IMG/VR virus record: IMGVR_UViG_3300025120_000017
Span: 64,001 to 128,000 of that record
Strand: one strand, 5' to 3'
Source: a virus
DNA: 64,000 nucleotides
Shown: positions 59,536-64,000 of the stretch, piece after piece
Position numbering within the stretch: the stretch's first letter is position 1
Layout: each line of letters begins with the position of its first letter
Program-made: the position numbers and the translations under genes
The notes under the pieces: generated by a model
Database searches by the model: none
What the model was told of the DNA's origin: nothing
What the model saw: the letters and a program-made list of their open reading frames with translations, nothing else

Positions 59536-62500
59536 TCATCCTCTAATTAATCTAATCCAAGTATTATCTGCAACTGCAGTAAACCAATAGTTTCCATTGT
59601 AATGTGATTGTCCTTGATAGGTTCCTGTTATTGTACTTCCTGTATAATTACCATTAACATCCCAATTAGATGTTGTTTCTAATAATGTTGCTACTGCTCC
59701 TGCTGATAGATAGGCTTCAATTATTGGAATTTCTGAAACTTGTCCAACTCCAGCACTAGTTTTACCTAACATACAGGGCTGAGTAACATCTTGCATTTTA
59801 TCGTAAGTAACTTTATCAGCTCCAATGGTAACCACTCCAGTATTACTTATTGTAGTGTCTCCACTCATTGCTACCGAAGTTGCAGCGTTTGAAGAGTTAC
59901 CTACAAATATTTGTCCATTATTTAAAGTTGGTGTTCCACCTCCACCAGCTTCAGATACACCATAACATTCCCATTTACTTGTGTCGGTGCTATATCTAAA
60001 TCTCGCAGCTACTACATCACCAACTATAGTTGTGTTTGGAAGGGTTATACCATTAATTCCAGTGTAAATAGCATTCCAAGTAATTGCTCTAGCAGTGCCA
60101 TCATCATCTAATCGAAACTCAAGTCTTTGTCCATTTCTAGGAGTTCCTGTTGGAGCATTTATACCTACTGCACCACCTAGTGCCTGATAATCAACAAAGT
60201 CTGTGAAGTCTCCATCCCAACTTGCCGATGTGCCTGTATTTTCAAAAGTCCTTACAATCTTAGTATAATCTCTAAGATTGTCCATTTCTACCTTTTTCTT
60301 ATTATTAGAATCAAATATATCCTCAATAAGCATTACTTCCCCGCCAACAAGAACTGTCTTCTGTGTGATAGGAGTAATTTCTGAAGCTTTATTGCTATGT
60401 ATTGCAGTATCAAATTCAGTATAAAAATTTAAGTACTTAATAGCACCTTGATTTGCATCATCTCTTATCATTACTTGTGCTGCTGTACTTCCGCTATATA
60501 AAGGAAGAGTTTGGGTAAGTGACCATGCTGGGGAATCTAATACTACACTAGATTCATTAATTGTAATGCTTGATGTATCACCGCCAGTGCCTCCATAATG
60601 TTCAAGTTTTATAGATGCATCTTGTAAACTAATTTTTCTATGAGATGCATCAGATATTTTAGTTTGTTTCCAAAACGCTGAACCTGTCCCAAAAATATTT
60701 GATTGGTCCCATTCTACAGTATGAAATTGGCTATTATTTTTAATATTACTTTTATATGCATCAAAATAGTAGTCTTGAGCATATAAGTTTCTTGTAGATG
60801 TTCCTTTATTTAATGCATATGGTACTGCAGTTGGTCCGTTTATCCAACCTGAAAATAATTTAGATCCACTTACAGTAATGCCTGGTGTTCCTGGGTTTGT
60901 TGCTCCTGGAGTACCACTATATATTTCTAAGTATACTGGCTTTCCTGTAGATGTAGCGCCTATCTGGTCAGTCTTTGCTCTTGCGCTTGAATCCGTTGCA
61001 CCTGAGTAACTATCATTAACAACACTTTGCCAATCTTGCACAGATCCTGAAGGGCCTGTTGGTCCTGGTACAGTGCTTTGTGCACCTGTATTACCTTGAA
61101 CTCCTTGAACTCCTTGAATTCCTTGAGATCCTTGTGGTCCTGTAACTCCTATTAGTCCTGTAGGACCAACTACCGTACTTGCGGCTCCTGTTGGGCCAGC
61201 AACACCTTGGGCTCCTGTTGGTCCTATTGGCCCTTGAGCTCCAGTAGTTCCTATTGTACCTACAGGTCCCTGTGGCCCAGTAGCTCCAATAGCTCCAGGC
61301 GTTCCGGCCGATCCTGTCGGTCCTTGTGCACCTGTTACCCCAGTTCCCAATACGCCAGTTGGCACAATCGTCCAATCAGAATTTGTACCTCCTAAAGAAG
61401 ATACATAAAAAGGTGTATCTAATGTTATATCCCCGCTTCCTGGACTATATCCAATAACTTTACAATCTGCAAATTGATTAGGAATGTTGTCATTTATAAT
61501 TCTAGCAAACTGACCTGGTGCAAATGCTTGACCTGATGGAAATGAAGTAATAGTAAGAGGGTTAATATCAATTAATCCAAATGATTGTGTACTTCTTATT
61601 ATTGCGCCTGCGCCTGTTAGCCCTTGTGCACCGTTAAGACCATTAAATCCAGTTACTCCTGTCGCTCCTTGACTTCCTTGGAGTCCTGAGATTCCTTGAG
61701 CTCCTGTAGGTCCAGCAGGACCTACAGGACCACCGCTTGGTCCTGTTGGGCCAATTGCAGTAGCACCTGTGGCACCTATTGGCCCAGTTACTCCTTGAGG
61801 CCCTGTTGGTCCTGGTAAACCAGTACCTGTAATTACCCAGCTATTTGATGGGTTGGTATCAGCACCTGGATTTATATAAAAAGGTGCATCAAATTGTAAT
61901 GCGCCAGTATTGTTATTAAATGAAGATACTCTACTTACTTGAAAATCACTAGGTGATAAAGTTTTTGAAATCTGTACATATGAGCCTACCACGAATGCAG
62001 TACCATATGAATTGGTTCCAATATTAGGTACTACATTAAGTTGAGATGTACTTCCGTTATTCAATGAAAATAGAGTTGCAGATGTTGCATATAATCCAGG
62101 GCCACTAGCACCAGCTGCACCTGTTACTCCTATTCCTGTAGGTCCTGCTGGTCCTGCTACTGTACTATTTGCACCTGTTGCTCCTGTTACTCCAGTACCT
62201 GTAGCTCCTATCGGTCCTGTAGGTCCTATTGGTCCTGGAACAGTAGATTGAGCTCCTTGAGTTCCTTGAATTCCTTGAATTCCTTGAGCTCCTGTAGGTC
62301 CTGCCACTGTACTATTTGCACCTGTTGGTCCTGTTACTCCAATTCCTGTTGCTCCAACAGGTCCAATATTACCTTGACTACCTGTAGCTCCAGTAGGTCC
62401 TGTAACACCAGGAACGCCACTACCACCTACGCCTATTTTTGTCCAATCTAATGGATCAAATGTTGCTTTCTGTGTATCGAATTTTGCTATGTAATTGTAG

Positions 62501-62649
62501 GGTCCTAGTCCATCATCATAAAGAACTACCATATCTTTTTTATATGGATAGTTAGCTGACCACTGTTCTTTATACCTAAAGTTATTATCTAACTCTGTAT
62601 GAGTTAGTGGCCTATTTTTGTTACCTCTATAATTAATTTTATCTGCCAT
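59536..62649 (-). CDS. Collagen-like tail fibre/whisker
   Basis: Three long G-X-Y blocks (GPTGATG, GPQGVTG); N-terminal PLTHTELDNNF anchor. Confidence 0.85.
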   Translation of the reverse strand: MADKINYRGNKNRPLTHTELDNNFRYKEQWSANYPYKKDMVVLYDDGLGPYNYIAKFDTQKATFDPLDWTKIGVGGSGVPGVTGPTGATGSQGNIGPVGATGIGVTGPTGANSTVAGPTGAQGIQGIQGTQGAQSTVPGPIGPTGPIGATGTGVTGATGANSTVAGPAGPTGIGVTGAAGASGPGLYATSATLFSLNNGSTSQLNVVPNIGTNSYGTAFVVGSYVQISKTLSPSDFQVSRVSSFNNNTGALQFDAPFYINPGADTNPSNSWVITGTGLPGPTGPQGVTGPIGATGATAIGPTGPSGGPVGPAGPTGAQGISGLQGSQGATGVTGFNGLNGAQGLTGAGAIIRSTQSFGLIDINPLTITSFPSGQAFAPGQFARIINDNIPNQFADCKVIGYSPGSGDITLDTPFYVSSLGGTNSDWTIVPTGVLGTGVTGAQGPTGSAGTPGAIGATGPQGPVGTIGTTGAQGPIGPTGAQGVAGPTGAASTVVGPTGLIGVTGPQGSQGIQGVQGVQGNTGAQSTVPGPTGPSGSVQDWQSVVNDSYSGATDSSARAKTDQIGATSTGKPVYLEIYSGTPGATNPGTPGITVSGSKLFSGWINGPTAVPYALNKGTSTRNLYAQDYYFDAYKSNIKNNSQFHTVEWDQSNIFGTGSAFWKQTKISDASHRKISLQDASIKLEHYGGTGGDTSSITINESSVVLDSPAWSLTQTLPLYSGSTAAQVMIRDDANQGAIKYLNFYTEFDTAIHSNKASEITPITQKTVLVGGEVMLIEDIFDSNNKKKVEMDNLRDYTKIVRTFENTGTSASWDGDFTDFVDYQALGGAVGINAPTGTPRNGQRLEFRLDDDGTARAITWNAIYTGINGITLPNTTIVGDVVAARFRYSTDTSKWECYGVSEAGGGGTPTLNNGQIFVGNSSNAATSVAMSGDTTISNTGVVTIGADKVTYDKMQDVTQPCMLGKTSAGVGQVSEIPIIEAYLSAGAVATLLETTSNWDVNGNYTGSTITGTYQGQSHYNGNYWFTAVADNTWIRLIRG

Positions 62650-62665
62650 TTAAGCAATTTTATTT

Positions 62666-63208
62666 TTATTCTAATCCGCTGTTATCAGTAGCAGGGTCAT
62701 TAGGATTATATCCTAATACTCCAACATATCCTGGGTCTACATAACATACATCAACAGATGCATCTTCTCTAGTTGTCTTAAGAAGAGTATTTTTATTAAA
62801 GTATGTAATTAAAGAATCTTTTAAATATGCAACACTTTTATTAGTGCCTGCAATTAATGAAGCATTCTTATAATTATTATATTCTGTATCTGTTTTTGAC
62901 TTTGGATTCCCATCTGCTATATTATAAAAACTTATATTACTTTTATACGAAACTGTGTTATTAATAAACCTAATGTTCTCTAAAAATATAAAATCACCTA
63001 CTATACAATATTTATTAGGCTTTGTATCGTTTATTAGGCTTGAATATCTAGCAAGAAAATCTGCTAAATCATTATAACTTATATAAGTTTTTTTACCAGA
63101 TAATTTAGAAATAATCTTAAATGATAAATCATAAGAAATAAACCCTTGAGTTTCTAAGTCTTTTAGAAATAGATATGTATATTCAAGAGTAGTAATATCA
63201 AGTTCCAA
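62666..63208 (-). CDS. Hypothetical structural protein
   Basis: TTG start, behind a promoter-like variant ATTAAATAATAAAAA; C-terminal YVDPGYV. Confidence 0.5.
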   Translation of the reverse strand: MELDITTLEYTYLFLKDLETQGFISYDLSFKIISKLSGKKTYISYNDLADFLARYSSLINDTKPNKYCIVGDFIFLENIRFINNTVSYKSNISFYNIADGNPKSKTDTEYNNYKNASLIAGTNKSVAYLKDSLITYFNKNTLLKTTREDASVDVCYVDPGYVGVLGYNPNDPATDNSGLE

Positions 63209-63266
63209 CAGTACATATATTATTTTTATTATTTAATAGAGTACTATTGGAACTTATAATCAAAAA

Positions 63267-64000
63267 TTAGAATAATGATTTTGTTTTTATAATGTTTAGC
63301 TTCTGTTCTGTTGATTTGTTAGAAACTATTTCTATATTCTTAGAGAGTGCTTTAAATAGGCTTGATGCATATTGACCGTTAAAATATACATCATCAAGAT
63401 ACTTCTTATATAAATGAACTCTAAGCTGTTTGTATTTTTCTGGATTTTGCTCCAATGCTTTTATTTTAGTGTGTAGCTCTTTAGAGTTTTTAACTCTTAA
63501 AAAGTCATGTAAATCTAGGTTATTCTGTGTATCATAAGTTTCATGAACAAACGGTATCATACCATGATAAACAACTTCTCTAAATTTTGTAGTTACTGGA
63601 CCTTTTGTGTTTCCTACAACAAGAGTATACTTAAATTTTTGAGCCAATGGATCTAATTCATGAAATTTAACCACTCCTTTGATTTGAGAATGTGCATTAA
63701 GAACTTCTTCTTTCCAATTTCCATAAATATGAGCTTCTTGATTAACATCATAATCTAATACATATTCTTGTAAGATTTTTAATCTATCTTGAGATGATGC
63801 ATTCCCTTGATTAAGAATTAGCCCTATCTTTATTGGTTTTTCAATGGATAACCATGAATCAAGATCTAGTTTATTCTTATCATATAATATTGTAGCATCT
63901 AATTTAGAGTAAATTTCTTTAACTTTATCAACCTTTTTAGTATTATCACCTTTTGCAATTATACTCTTTATTTCATGCTCTTGTTCCCAAACACTGATGC
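63267..64000 (-). CDS. Partial T4 beta-glucosyltransferase-like (GT-B) DNA glycosyltransferase; start lies beyond the right edge
   Basis: Frame is open from 63998 by hand translation. HIYGNW...TLVVGN...VTTKFREV..G.IPFVHETYDTQ...LRVKNSKELHTKI parallels the T4 BGT C-terminal domain as I recall it. Confidence 0.65.
   Translation of the reverse strand, partial: ISVWEQEHEIKSIIAKGDNTKKVDKVKEIYSKLDATILYDKNKLDLDSWLSIEKPIKIGLILNQGNASSQDRLKILQEYVLDYDVNQEAHIYGNWKEEVLNAHSQIKGVVKFHELDPLAQKFKYTLVVGNTKGPVTTKFREVVYHGMIPFVHETYDTQNNLDLHDFLRVKNSKELHTKIKALEQNPEKYKQLRVHLYKKYLDDVYFNGQYASSLFKALSKNIEIVSNKSTEQKLNIIKTKSLF

Noticed and set aside
17899-61375. Short alternative-frame minus-strand ORFs (17899..18126, 25166..25393, 61091..61375)
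   Set aside because: Nested in long genes; the last is a by-product of collagen codon periodicity; no slippery site or start context recognised.
2539-62451. Many plus-strand ORFs in the track (for example 2539..3174, 12389..12868, 33952..34347, 49665..50045)
   Set aside because: They are antisense shadows of well-supported minus-strand genes, Ser/Phe/Leu-rich and without motifs; only 9639..10115 is credible.
1-64000. Stop-codon reassignment as in some large Bacteroidota phages
   Set aside because: Code 11 gives full coding density; TAA, TAG (8408, 54320) and TGA (11751, 40095, 45336) all end genes at sensible boundaries.
1-64000. CRISPR arrays, tRNA/rRNA genes, integrase/transposase, introns or inteins
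   Set aside because: No regularly spaced repeat-spacer pattern or cloverleaf seen, intergenic gaps are short, and helicase and primase are of normal length; checked by eye only.

Overview
AT-rich, gene-dense segment of a large T4-like contractile-tailed (probably jumbo) phage genome, almost entirely on the minus strand in the standard genetic code. It contains a replication/recombination block (UvsW-like helicase, UvsY-like protein, gp61-like primase, gp32-like SSB, endonuclease VII) and sugar/nucleotide enzymes (NAD-dependent epimerase, guanylate kinase-like protein, partial T4 beta-glucosyltransferase-like gene). It also has a long tail/baseplate/neck block (gp3-, gp6-, gp25-, gp13-, gp5-, gp53-, gp48/54-like; collar, collagen and BspA fibres; twin beta-helix tailspikes), an amidoligase and a ribosomal protein S1 homologue. 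A-rich leaders without Shine-Dalgarno sites, the BspA-type fibre and a membrane protein with a C-terminal beta-signal suggest a Bacteroidota host (inference). The most striking unexplained structure is a dispersed family of at least nine genes starting with a T4 capsid-targeting-like leader (MK[ST][YL]xxF[LIV]xE). Several are built from small modules separated by a recurring ES[VI]NE|S/A/G linker resembling a prohead-protease site, and one 60-aa module is duplicated between two genes with boundaries at such linkers. Cargo includes wHTH-like, GNAT, ADP-ribosyltransferase-like, ParB-like and amphipathic membrane-peptide modules, suggesting a shufflable, capsid-packaged, protease-processed polyprotein effector system. 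A perfectly repeated 14-mer (ATTAAATATAAAAA) upstream of late genes is a candidate late promoter. All calls are by motif recognition by eye; no searches were run.
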